Source of the DNA: Candidatus Bathyarchaeota archaeon
GTDB taxonomy: Archaea > Thermoproteota > Bathyarchaeia > Bathyarchaeales > Bathyarchaeaceae
Assembly: GCA_963806645.1 (NCBI GenBank)
Contig: CAWDYQ010000001.1
Span: forward strand, 67,583-131,582
Length of the DNA: 64,000 nucleotides
Direction of reading: 5' to 3'
Shown here piece by piece: positions 28,668 to 38,391 of this stretch; within the stretch, counting starts at the first letter, position 1; every line of letters begins with the position of its first letter. Below the pieces are notes generated by a model. The model was not told the origin of the DNA. It saw only the letters and a program-made list of their open reading frames with translations, and made no database searches. The position numbers were made by a program, and so were the translations under genes.

Positions 28668-29333
28668 CTAAACTATGAAGGCTGAAGGGCAAATCTTATT
28701 CAAAACACATAAGCTGCATTTTGGTTTTCTTGCTATACAAACGTTTCTTCCATGATATATCAGCAAGTCAGTAATAATTTCCCATTCGGGCTTTGGAATA
28801 ATCTGCATGAGGTCGGTTTCGATCTTGTTTGGGACCTTGTTTTCTGTAAGTCTAAGTCTCTGGGAAAGTCTACGAACGTGTGTGTCCACAGCTATTCCTA
28901 CAATTATTCCGAAAGCGTTTTGCAACACTATATTTGCGGTTTTCCGTGCAACACCAGGTAATTCAACCAGCTCTTCCATTGTTCGAGGGACCTTCGAATC
29001 ATATTTTTGAACCAGCAATTGTGCAGTTTTCTTGATGTTTTTGGCTTTATTTCTGTAGAAACCAGTTGACCGAATATCTTGTTCAAGTTCCGCTAAATTT
29101 GCGTTGGCATAATCTTTTGCGGTTTGGTATTTTTTAAACAGCGATTTCGTTACGATATTTACTTGTTTGTCAGTGCATTGTGCTGAAAGAATTGTTGCTA
29201 TTAACATCTCAAGAGGTTTGCTGTAATGTAAAGCCGTTTTTACGCCTGGATATTCAGGTTCCAGCAAACCAATAATCTTCAATACTATTTCCTTTTTATC
29301 TGGTTCTCTTTTAACTTCCATCGATTTTCCCAC
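28668..29333 (-). CDS. nth: Endonuclease III (HhH-GPD DNA glycosylase/AP lyase)
   Basis: HhH motif LPGVARKTANIV, catalytic D in VDTHV, and a C-terminal CX6CX2CX5C [4Fe-4S] loop (CIARKPKCSLCVLNKIC). Confidence 0.9.
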   Translation of the reverse strand: MGKSMEVKREPDKKEIVLKIIGLLEPEYPGVKTALHYSKPLEMLIATILSAQCTDKQVNIVTKSLFKKYQTAKDYANANLAELEQDIRSTGFYRNKAKNIKKTAQLLVQKYDSKVPRTMEELVELPGVARKTANIVLQNAFGIIVGIAVDTHVRRLSQRLRLTENKVPNKIETDLMQIIPKPEWEIITDLLIYHGRNVCIARKPKCSLCVLNKICPSAFIV

Positions 29334-29529
29334 TAGCAGTTTTAGTAATTTTTTCTGGATTCTCTTCAGCAGCAGTCAGGAAGATCATTTATTGCAATAC
29401 TAACTGCTAACTACTATGTGTTGGTTGACGACTAAATAGTTTGACTAAACGAACCGTTTTATTATGGATTGAATAAATGCCAAAAAAATATGATTTGACC
29501 AGTTTTTGTACACCATAAAGCTTATAACT

Positions 29530-29555
29530 TTCATATGAATATATATTCATATGAA
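29530..29555. promoter_or_regulatory. Perfect 26-bp palindrome TTCATATGAATATATATTCATATGAA
   Basis: I verified base by base that it equals its own reverse complement. It lies in the 520-bp AT-rich gap between nth (minus) and the Fe-S protein gene (plus). Confidence 0.4.
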
Positions 29556-29856
29556 TAATAACTCATTCAAAAGTTAACGATCACTGATGGAAGACTAATA
29601 AAATGAAACGAAGTGTTAAATAAATAAAAGAAACAAATTTTCAAATGTTTTTCAGAAAAAACTATAAGTCATTGTCTAGAGGTTTCCAAACTGGATGAGA
29701 TAGACTCAAGTCGTGAAAGAAATCTCCAAAAGTTGAAATATGAATATTATTACTCACTCAAAAAACAGAAGCCAGACGTAAACTTCATTGCCTATGAGAA
29801 CGTAAAAGAACCATTGTATCTTCATTGAAGCTGAAAAATGGGAGGCAATTAAGAAA

Positions 29857-30570
29857 GTGTTAAGAGACATTGTTAAAATTGATGAAAATAAATGCAATGG
29901 CTGCGGATTATGTATACCTGCTTGCGCCGAAGGAGCTATCCAGATAATTGATGGAAAAGCTAGGCTGGTCAAGGACATATTTTGTGACGGTTTAGGAGCA
30001 TGCTTAGGGAAATGCCCCCAAGATGCAATAACAATCATCCAAAGAGAAGCAGAAGAATTTAATGAAAAAGCAGCAGAAGGCCATGTGAAGAATCTCCAAA
30101 ATGTTCCAGTGGTCGACACTCAGTCTAAAGGTTGCCCTTCAACGCAAGAAATGCAGTTTGAAACCATAGATAAAATCACCAAAAACATTGCAGAAAAGAG
30201 GATCTCACAGCTTTCTACATGGCCAATTCAGTTGAAACTGTTACCACCCCAAGCGTCCTTCCTCAAGAATGCAGATTTGCTTATAGCTGCTGACTGTGTT
30301 CCCTTCACATACGCAGATTTTCACGATGAAATGCTTAAGAATAGAGTTCTTGCTGTTGGTTGTCCTAAACTTGATGATGTTTCCCTCTATAGAAACAAGT
30401 TGGCTGAAATATTCCGATCAAACAACATTAGAAGCGTCACTGTAGTTAACATGGAGGTTCCATGCTGTTTCGGTTTGAATCGTCTTGTTCAAGAAGCTAT
30501 GGAACTTTCAGGAACTAAGATTCCGTTGAAACAAGAAACAATCAGCATTAAAGGAGAAAAACTGTCCTAA
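29857..30570 (+). CDS. 4Fe-4S dicluster-domain protein with a Cys-containing C-terminal domain
   Basis: 237 aa. Two ferredoxin motifs are present: CNGCGLCIPACAEGA and CDGLGACLGKCPQDA. The C-terminal domain has VGCPKLDD and EVPCCFG. GTG start with GGGAGG upstream. Confidence 0.7.
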   Translation: MLRDIVKIDENKCNGCGLCIPACAEGAIQIIDGKARLVKDIFCDGLGACLGKCPQDAITIIQREAEEFNEKAAEGHVKNLQNVPVVDTQSKGCPSTQEMQFETIDKITKNIAEKRISQLSTWPIQLKLLPPQASFLKNADLLIAADCVPFTYADFHDEMLKNRVLAVGCPKLDDVSLYRNKLAEIFRSNNIRSVTVVNMEVPCCFGLNRLVQEAMELSGTKIPLKQETISIKGEKLS

Positions 30571-30578
30571 CCTGGGAG

Positions 30579-30824
30579 GTGAAAAGTTTGGAAGGTTCTA
30601 ACTCAGAATCGTGTCCTGGAATTAAAAAATTCCTTCGTCCTAAGCCTGAATATATCCAATGCCCTAACTGTGCTAGCAGTGTGGAGATTTGGAGCGACGA
30701 AGATACTGCAGAGTGTGAAATATGCGGAAAGGAAATAGCCAGACCTGAAAAGGAAGCATCATGTTTAGATTGGTGTGAGTTCGCTGACAAATGTAGAGCA
30801 ATTATCGAAAACAAGAAGCATTAA
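30579..30824 (+). CDS. Small Cys-rich zinc-ribbon protein
   Basis: 81 aa. It has CPNC...CEIC plus the further Cys motif CLDWCEFADKC. It lies 8 nt downstream of the Fe-S protein gene, so the two are likely co-transcribed. Confidence 0.55.
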   Translation: MKSLEGSNSESCPGIKKFLRPKPEYIQCPNCASSVEIWSDEDTAECEICGKEIARPEKEASCLDWCEFADKCRAIIENKKH

Positions 30825-30955
30825 CAGATAGAAAAAATTCCCCTAATGAACAGGACTAATACGACAAGACAGTATTTTCTGAAAATTGTTTTTTCAACAT
30901 TGGGCTAATATTCTGTTCTTATCCTGTTTTTTTAAACAGGAATTTTGGTGCAATT

Positions 30956-31213
30956 TTGCACGCTGAACGTTGTGGTATATGTCCAATCTCGGAACATGTC
31001 TTCTGTGGTAGGATGATATTTATCCAAAATATTGATAGTGTATCACATGGATTTGGCAGGGATTGTGTAATGGATTATTCTATTGAAATAGAGCTTCCTC
31101 GTTCGGGTGCATGGTTCAAATATTTCACTAACATAGATACTTTGGAAGAAGCAAAGAGTGTTAAACAGGCAGCTAAAGGAACTGTCAAAGCAAGGATATT
31201 GAAAAACGTTTAA
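30956..31213 (+). CDS. Hypothetical small protein (weak call)
   Basis: Only the distal part, from the ATG at 31070 (MDYSIEIELPRSGAWFKYFTNIDTLEEAK...), looks protein-like. No family recognised. Confidence 0.3.
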   Translation: MHAERCGICPISEHVFCGRMIFIQNIDSVSHGFGRDCVMDYSIEIELPRSGAWFKYFTNIDTLEEAKSVKQAAKGTVKARILKNV

Positions 31214-31427
31214 TCTAGCACCACTGCTTTTGTGCATTTTCTGTCCTTATTTATTGTTGAATATTAAGTGTTAGATATTTAATTAGACAAAATTGTTCGT
31301 ATACGCTGTTTATTGATTTCTTTTTTTCATTGCAGCAAACAAAAAATTTGACTGATTTGACTTAGACAAGCATTAATAGAAGTTTTGATTAGAGACTTTC
31401 AATTAATATTCAGAGCGAGATAAAAAA

Positions 31428-32231
31428 ATGGCTATTGCGCTTGATAACATTCAAAGAAATAGTCGGATTAGTGAAGAATCAGATAGACAGATGTCGAGTT
31501 TATGGATCCTAGTTTACCTTTTACCCATCATCGCTTTAATGATATCTATCGGTTTTACTCTTGTTTCCGTATTGTCGATTATTTCTGCAAATAATTCTTT
31601 CACTTTAACCTATGATTTCATTTATGCCGATTTTGCCACAGAATTTGCATTTTTATCGATAATGTTTTTGCTGACTTTTGTGATCAATTTCGTAGTAAAC
31701 ATAGTTCTTACATACCTGCTTGTTAAGAGATACAATACACACATCACGAGACAGCATTTTCTATCTGAAAATATTATATCGAAAATCAACTCTTTAACAG
31801 AAAAGAAAGGAGGAGACGTGGAAGCCAATTTATTATCAATCAAAAAAACTGGGAAGGAGGCAAATGAGAAAGAAACAAAAAAAGATGCTGTGCTTTGGGC
31901 TTTTCTGTCGGCTTTTATACCGTTTGTATCATGGTATGTTTACTATTTTCTAATGAAGGATTTCTACAGTCATGAGCATAGAGAGGATGGATTCTGGCAA
32001 GATCTAAAAATTATATTAAAAAAGTTAGGCGCCGATTTTTCATTGCCAAGTAGAATTGGAGTCATTACTAACCGGAGTTTTCCATTGTATTTGACGCTTA
32101 CAATAGTGACTGTGGGTTTGTTTGGAATATACTGGGTTTATGTTCTATTGAAAGACCCTAATGAACATTTTAAATATCATTTACAAGTCGAAAAGCAGCT
32201 TTTGGCTACTCTAGAATCCGTCACTAACTAG
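31428..32231 (+). CDS. Hypothetical polytopic membrane protein with an internally duplicated TM/WVYY-KD motif
   Basis: 267 aa. Several TM helices. Motifs repeat: SWYVYYFLMKDFYSHEH and IYWVYVLLKDPNEHF. Confidence 0.55.
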   Translation: MAIALDNIQRNSRISEESDRQMSSLWILVYLLPIIALMISIGFTLVSVLSIISANNSFTLTYDFIYADFATEFAFLSIMFLLTFVINFVVNIVLTYLLVKRYNTHITRQHFLSENIISKINSLTEKKGGDVEANLLSIKKTGKEANEKETKKDAVLWAFLSAFIPFVSWYVYYFLMKDFYSHEHREDGFWQDLKIILKKLGADFSLPSRIGVITNRSFPLYLTLTIVTVGLFGIYWVYVLLKDPNEHFKYHLQVEKQLLATLESVTN

Positions 32232-32251
32232 ACGACTCTACTATAAGTTGT

Positions 32252-33025
32252 CTATATTCCGAGCAAATATGGTGTAATATACGTCTCTATGGCGGCAGCA
32301 ATCATGAATAAAATAATTGATGTTATCGCGAGAATCAAAGCATCTTGTAAACCCTGTCTGGTTTTGTCTTTCTCCAGTTTTTTACCTTTAAGTTTGGAAA
32401 TTATTGCCTCACTAACTGTTACCTGCCATACGACAATACAGGCAATTTGAAGTAAAAAGGCAGGAATTTCGATTACTCCATGTGGTACCAACCCCAATAT
32501 CGGATATGCTATACCCCGCTCAATTCCCACCATCACAGATATCCCTCCAATCAATCCACTGTTAAGCAGGATCTCAAATCCCAACAATACAGATCCCAAA
32601 AGAGGAAACCAAACAAGCATTCTAATAGGATTCCAAAAATGACCTATATTGTTTAGAAAGATAAATGAAAAGAAGCTTCCAGAAAATGGTTCTGGAACAT
32701 CCTCAAAATTAAACAACGACTCAATAAGCGAATTTAGGTCATTTGACAACTCTGGAGATAAAGAAAAAACGAAGATCGTGAAGATAACCGAGATTATCAT
32801 AAAGATGAAGAATGTGGCAACCGTTGCCTTAACGATAAGGCTGTTTCGTTTAACAACAGATTTGAGAGAATCCATCATTCTAAAGAGTAATGACTTGAGA
32901 CGCAGAAACAACATCCTCCGATAATCTGAAAGCAATTCATGATTAAAACCTTTGTTAAATATACTAAAAATGAAAATGGTAGACGCAGTTTCTTCTACAA
33001 AAAATTGTTTTAAATCTGTGAACAT
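32252..33025 (-). CDS. SpoIIM/DUF95-family membrane protein
   Basis: 257 aa and polytopic. The signature LVPHGVIEIPAFLL is typical of the stage II sporulation protein M-like family. Confidence 0.65.
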   Translation of the reverse strand: MFTDLKQFFVEETASTIFIFSIFNKGFNHELLSDYRRMLFLRLKSLLFRMMDSLKSVVKRNSLIVKATVATFFIFMIISVIFTIFVFSLSPELSNDLNSLIESLFNFEDVPEPFSGSFFSFIFLNNIGHFWNPIRMLVWFPLLGSVLLGFEILLNSGLIGGISVMVGIERGIAYPILGLVPHGVIEIPAFLLQIACIVVWQVTVSEAIISKLKGKKLEKDKTRQGLQDALILAITSIILFMIAAAIETYITPYLLGI

Positions 33026-33048
33026 ATTATAACAAGTCTACTTGGGTA

Positions 33049-34744
33049 TTGATTACGGAAAGAGCGGTAATGACATCTCAGCTGAATGAAAAACTAAAAA
33101 AGACTCTGTTGGACCTATGTAGGACCATTGCTGGTTCTCGCAAAATCACTGCAGTTTGCCTCTACGGTCCATGGGTTTGTGGGTACGCTGACGAAAAAAC
33201 AGACATAAACGTTTTGATGATTCTTGAACAGTTCACTCTCCGACTAAATACATATTTCGAAAAACTAGATGATATTAACGTCTCAATTTTAACAGTTAAC
33301 TATTCAGATTTCGAAAGAGACATAAATAAAAGCTGGTTAGGTGAATTTTTCGCCGAAAAGCTCACCGTTCCATACGAATCCCTATTGAATGAGAACTATC
33401 TGCGCCTTAACGAAGTTAAAATAAAAAAGAGAATCACATTGGAGCTTCTTCAGAAACTCGTTTCAGAATTTCCTGAATCATCTCACGAGTTTCTTATCAA
33501 ACAAGGAGTACTTCATGTTCGAAAACATGAGGAGACGCGCCAAAGTTTTTCCTCCGATAACCTACAGCTACATAAACATGTTGCAAGAAAATCTTGGAAG
33601 AAATAATGTTGAATTGATTATGGACGGATACCTTGAAGCCTTCAAAGAATTGGAAAACGAAAATGTGATCTTACATTCAGAATGCTACATTAAAATCTCT
33701 AGAGAACATATTAACTCTGTCAAAAAAAGGAAACTGAAACTTCCTCTTTTTTTAAAGTCGATTCAAAGACGTGCACTCCCTCCTCTTGTAAGCGTCTTTT
33801 CAGAATCTACTAGCTCATATATTCAAGAACAAAGACTCTTTACGAAAAATAATAGCAAAGTTGGAGCCGATGCACTGATTTCTCGACTAGAGGATCCAAA
33901 AAATTACATTTTATTTCCCACCCCTCTGGGAACTGTTTCTCTATCAGACAAATCTAACATTAAAGATGTGGCGAGAAAAATTATTCCAAATGCGGACTTT
34001 TCAAAGATGAAAGTCAAGAGTATTGGGGGTGTCTTTAATGATGTCTATGTTCTTTCTGTTACACAAAATGGTGAAGAACAGAAATTTGTTGTCAAACAGT
34101 TCTTAGATTGGTCAAATCTTAAATGGATTTCATTGGCTTTGTGGTCTTTCGGAACCGCATCCTTTGCTGTACTTGGGCAGTCAAGGCTGGAAAAAGAATA
34201 TGCCATAAACATGTTTCTACATAGCAAAGGTTTTCCAGTTCCAAAAATTTTCTCTGTCAGTCATAAGAACCGTTTAATCTTACAGGAGTTCATTGAAGGA
34301 AAAGAACTAGTAGAAACTATAAAACGAATTATGGTTTCTGGTAAAAATACGAAGGATGTTGCATTGATAAAGGATGTAGGACGTAAAGTTGCAGAGGCCC
34401 ATAATCTGGGAGTGAGTCTAGGAGACTGTAAACCTGAAAACTTCATTGTTACAATAGATGGTTTTTTCTTTTTGGATCTTGAACAGGCAAACAGGGATGG
34501 AAATCAAGTTTGGGATATTGCCGAATTTTTGTACTATTCTGGGCATTATAGTCCACCTATGTCCTCAGCTAACGCAGCATGTGTTATCGCCCGAAATTTT
34601 ATTGAGGGCTATCTTGAAGCAGGAGGTAAAAAGGAATATGTGAAGAAAGCTGCGTCAACCAAATACACTAAGGTGTTCAGCGTTTTTACTCCTCCTCATG
34701 TTACACTTGCGATTTCCAATATTTGCCAAAAAATGGGAAAATAG
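33049..34744 (+). pseudogene. Nucleotidyltransferase-like domain followed by a RIO/Bud32/Kdo-type atypical kinase domain. Either one frame-broken gene or two genes overlapping by 92 nt.
   Basis: ORF 33049..33606 has a minimal NTase-like N-terminus (VCLYGPWVCGYADEKTDINVLMIL). ORF 33515..34744, in the +1 frame, has a kinase core (FVVKQF ... LQEFIEGKEL ... GDCKPENFIV ... FLDLEQA). The long overlap and +1 relation match the other frame breaks in this window. Confidence 0.55.
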
Positions 34745-35182
34745 AATCTGATGTTGATGGTTTTGACATAGGGCAGAAAACAAGAAACTTATGGTAGACT
34801 TCACCATTTTCAGTTTAATGTTAAACGAAATGGCGAACAATGTTTTCTTGGAGAGATTAGGCTGGGATAAATTTTCCAAAATTTCTAAAAACAGAAATTG
34901 ATCAAATTTTGCTTTATAGTTAATAATTTACTCTTCAAAACCCACCAAAAGGTGCAAAAGCTTTTATGAACATGAGTAGAAACGATTGTTCAAGTTGAGT
35001 TAAGGTTGCTCAAAGCATACTCCTCAACATCAGCAGGGGAAAATCAGTGTGGGGGAAAACAGTGATTCAAATATTATCTTCTAGCATGGGCTCTACATCC
35101 TTCAGTTCTAAATTTTCTGACAAATAGTTACCTAGAGCATCTGCGACTCAACGAAAATAAAAGAAAAAAGGAAAAAACAGAA

Positions 35183-37945
35183 ATGAAAAAAATCAATTCA
35201 AAAGCAAAAATAGTTTCACTCGGAACTGTTTTAGTTTTAACTCTTCTTACTGCTTTACCGTTAACTTTTGCGCATACACCTTCATGGCAAATTCCAGTAA
35301 CTGCTAAAATTGCGGTTTCAGCCAATCCTGTAGGTGTCGGTCAGACGACACTTATTTATATGTGGTTAGGATATTCTCCTTTTCCAGATGCAAGGCTTGA
35401 TAATGATTATAGGTTCCATAACTATGCTCTTGAAATTACAGAACCCGATGGTAATGTAATAAGTGAGTTTTGGGAGACTATAGTTGATACGACAAACAGC
35501 CAATTTTATCGATTTACTCCTACCAAAGTTGGCACATACACCATTGATTTTACATTTACTGGGTTCGACTTTAATGACTTTAGCCATAATCCTTCTTCAC
35601 CATATGTTAACGACACTTATCTGCCTAGCTCTGCATCTACAACACTTACTGTACAATCAGATCCTCTACCTGATGCAATCTATAGCTATCCGCTTCCCAC
35701 AGAATACTGGACACGTCCAATATACGGTGAAAACACAGATTGGTGGTCAATTTCATCAAACTGGTTAGGATCCAGTGCGCCAGGATACAGTGGCATGGTT
35801 GGGCCAGGTATGCAACGAACCCAAGGTGATGCTGTAGGACCCCTAACTAATCATATAATGTGGGCTAAACCACTTCAAAGTGGAGGAGTTGTTGGTGGAG
35901 ACAATTTTATTATAAAAGGAAATACTTACTTTGAAGGTTCTGCATATATTCAAAGATTTACCAATCCTATAATAGTCAACGGAAGATTATATTATAAAGA
36001 ACCACTTTCATGGCAGCCTGAAGATGGTCCAACAAACTGTGTAGACCTTCGCACGGGAGAATTAATTTGGTCTAGAATGGATGTTCCTGCATTGTCATTT
36101 GCTTATATATATGATGTTGAAGATCCACAACAGCATGGTGTCTATCCTGCAATTCTATTTACAAGTAACTTTGGTCGGGCTTTTGATGCTGATACCGGAA
36201 ATGCTCTATTTAATGTAACAAATGTTCCATCTGGATCATCTGTATTAGGTCCTCAAGGAGAAATCTTAAGATACGTTATTCGAAATGATGGCACTTCAGC
36301 GGATCCTGATTATCAATTGGCTCAATGGAATTCTAGTAAACTATGGACGGGAACAGGATTTTCAGGTGGTCTTCCAACTGCATGGAGACCAACAATTTCA
36401 GGAACAGTTGATGCTGGGATTTCATCAGGTCCTGACAGTCGTTTCGATTGGAATATTTCAATACCCTGGCGGAACGAATTGTCGTTTAATCCCAGTGTGA
36501 GGGCAGCTTTCTATAATGATATTATGATTCTTACAAACGGTTCTCAATCTGTATCTAGTCAAGGTGTAATACTTCCATACGGATACTTTGCTGTTAACCT
36601 CAATGCTTCTAGAACAGACTACGATGTGGGAGAAATAATATGGTCGAATACAATTTCTCCACCATCCAATATATTACAAATAGCATGGGGTGGTGCCGAT
36701 CCAAAGAGCCGTGTTTTCGTTGAAAATTATAGAACCACACAAACTTGGATGGGATATGATCTAGACACTGGCGAGAAACTATGGGGTCCAACCACTCCAC
36801 AAGCTGACTTTGATTACTATGGTAGTCCAGGACCTGGAACTCTAGCCAATGCAATGGCTTACGGTAAAATGTATAGCAGTGCATATGCTGGAATACTTTA
36901 TTGTTATGACTTAAGAACTGGTAACTTAGAGTGGACTTATGGCAATGGTGGAGAAGGCAACAGCACTAACAGTGGATTTAATTGTTACTATGGCAATTAT
37001 CCAACATTCATAAACGCTATCGCCAATGGAGTAGTGTACCTAGTTACAACAGAACACACAGTAGAAACACCGATTTACAAAGGCGCATTAGTTAGAGCAG
37101 TTAACGCTACGGATGGAACAGAGATATGGACACTTTCAGATTATACTGGTGAATTCGCAGCCATTAGTTTTGCAATTGCAGATGGATTTGCTACATTCTT
37201 TAATGGATATGATAATCGAATTTACAGTGTGGGAAGAGGACCTAGCGCTATTACAGCTAAATCTCCTGATATTGCCATTTCATTAGGAACACCTGTTTTA
37301 ATTAAAGGCACCGTCATGGATATTTCAGCTGGTACGAAGCAAGACGAGCAAGTAGCACGTTTCCCTTACGGCGTTCCTGCAATATCTGATTCAAGTATGA
37401 AAGATTGGATGGAATATGTTTATCAACAAAAACCTAGACCCCAGGATGCAATTGGTGTTGAAGTAAGAATTCAAATTGTTGATCCAGATAATAATTACGC
37501 TTGGATTGGCACGGCTACAACTGATTCATATGGTAACTATGCGTATTCCTTTATACCTCAAAAGCAAGGCTTGTATGCAATAATCGCTTCTTTCGTCGGT
37601 TCTAAGGGTTATTGGGGATCAGAGACAACAACATATTTGGTAGTGGGACCTGCACCTGCTCCTTATCCATCATATCCGGGTTATCAAGGTCCATCTGCAT
37701 CTGAAGTTGCAAATAGTGTTGTAGCTAATCTTCCAGCTGATGCAACTCCACAACAAGTAGCTCAAGCAGTAATAAATGCCATGCCAGAATATCCAGAACA
37801 ACAAGAAATAACAATTCCAGAATACACTACCATGGACATTGTCCTAGTAATACTCGTTGCAGTTGCCATTATTCTCGTGTGTAATCACTGCTACGTCAAG
37901 GAAGAAATAATCCAAACATTTCCCTCCCTCTTTTTTTGGGGCTAA
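35183..37945 (+). CDS. Large secreted PQQ-like beta-propeller surface protein with an Ig/CarboxypepD-like domain and a C-terminal membrane anchor
   Basis: 920 aa. It has a signal peptide, repeated propeller-like blocks (G.LYCYDLRTGNLEW, GVVYLVT), a VRIQIVDPDNNY...DSYGNYAYSF regulatory-like domain, and a C-terminal PEY...hydrophobic helix. The +1 frame from about 37875 gives a more typical tail, ...VITATSRKK, with a stop at 37908-37910. The annotated end may therefore be frame-shifted. Confidence 0.75.
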   Translation: MKKINSKAKIVSLGTVLVLTLLTALPLTFAHTPSWQIPVTAKIAVSANPVGVGQTTLIYMWLGYSPFPDARLDNDYRFHNYALEITEPDGNVISEFWETIVDTTNSQFYRFTPTKVGTYTIDFTFTGFDFNDFSHNPSSPYVNDTYLPSSASTTLTVQSDPLPDAIYSYPLPTEYWTRPIYGENTDWWSISSNWLGSSAPGYSGMVGPGMQRTQGDAVGPLTNHIMWAKPLQSGGVVGGDNFIIKGNTYFEGSAYIQRFTNPIIVNGRLYYKEPLSWQPEDGPTNCVDLRTGELIWSRMDVPALSFAYIYDVEDPQQHGVYPAILFTSNFGRAFDADTGNALFNVTNVPSGSSVLGPQGEILRYVIRNDGTSADPDYQLAQWNSSKLWTGTGFSGGLPTAWRPTISGTVDAGISSGPDSRFDWNISIPWRNELSFNPSVRAAFYNDIMILTNGSQSVSSQGVILPYGYFAVNLNASRTDYDVGEIIWSNTISPPSNILQIAWGGADPKSRVFVENYRTTQTWMGYDLDTGEKLWGPTTPQADFDYYGSPGPGTLANAMAYGKMYSSAYAGILYCYDLRTGNLEWTYGNGGEGNSTNSGFNCYYGNYPTFINAIANGVVYLVTTEHTVETPIYKGALVRAVNATDGTEIWTLSDYTGEFAAISFAIADGFATFFNGYDNRIYSVGRGPSAITAKSPDIAISLGTPVLIKGTVMDISAGTKQDEQVARFPYGVPAISDSSMKDWMEYVYQQKPRPQDAIGVEVRIQIVDPDNNYAWIGTATTDSYGNYAYSFIPQKQGLYAIIASFVGSKGYWGSETTTYLVVGPAPAPYPSYPGYQGPSASEVANSVVANLPADATPQQVAQAVINAMPEYPEQQEITIPEYTTMDIVLVILVAVAIILVCNHCYVKEEIIQTFPSLFFWG

Positions 37946-38391
37946 ATAACTATGTTAACGGGAATAAATCAGAGGATTCAAGGTTGGGTGTTAGGTGAAG
38001 AATAAGCGAAAACGAATGCAGGAGGATTGGCACCATCGGGTACCTGATTTTCAGCTTGTCTATTGTGGACCAAAAAAGAGCTCGCATATAAAGGAAGAAA
38101 AATCTGATAAAAACTTTAAGAAAAAGAAACTAATTGAAAAAGTTTTACAATAGACTTATCGTTTAAAACCATCCAATTCCTCTCAAATTCCCCTTTTTTT
38201 ATAAAATCGGGTTTTTAGTGATATGAGTTCTTAGTTTTTTTAATTGTTTATTTTTACATCTAACTTTGCGTAGCATCAAACCCAAATGCGCATCCCAAAT
38301 GTAGTATTTAGCAGCTCTAAAACCGAAAAACAATAAAATTTGAATCTGTTTTCATTAGTCAAAAAATGGGAAAATAACATATTATGTTAGT

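Noticed and set aside
30922-30941. 8-bp stem hairpin tcctgttt-tttt-aaacagga, about 100 nt downstream of the zinc-ribbon gene
   Set aside because: It could be a terminator. It is AT-rich, short and not followed by a clear oligo-T on the relevant strand, so chance occurrence is plausible.
37995-38153. Small ORF (about 45-52 aa, MQEDWHHRVPDFQLVYCGPKK... with a Lys-rich tail) downstream of the PQQ-like gene
   Set aside because: No recognisable fold or motif. The lysine-rich tail is what AT-rich non-coding DNA yields. There is no clear ribosome-binding or promoter context.
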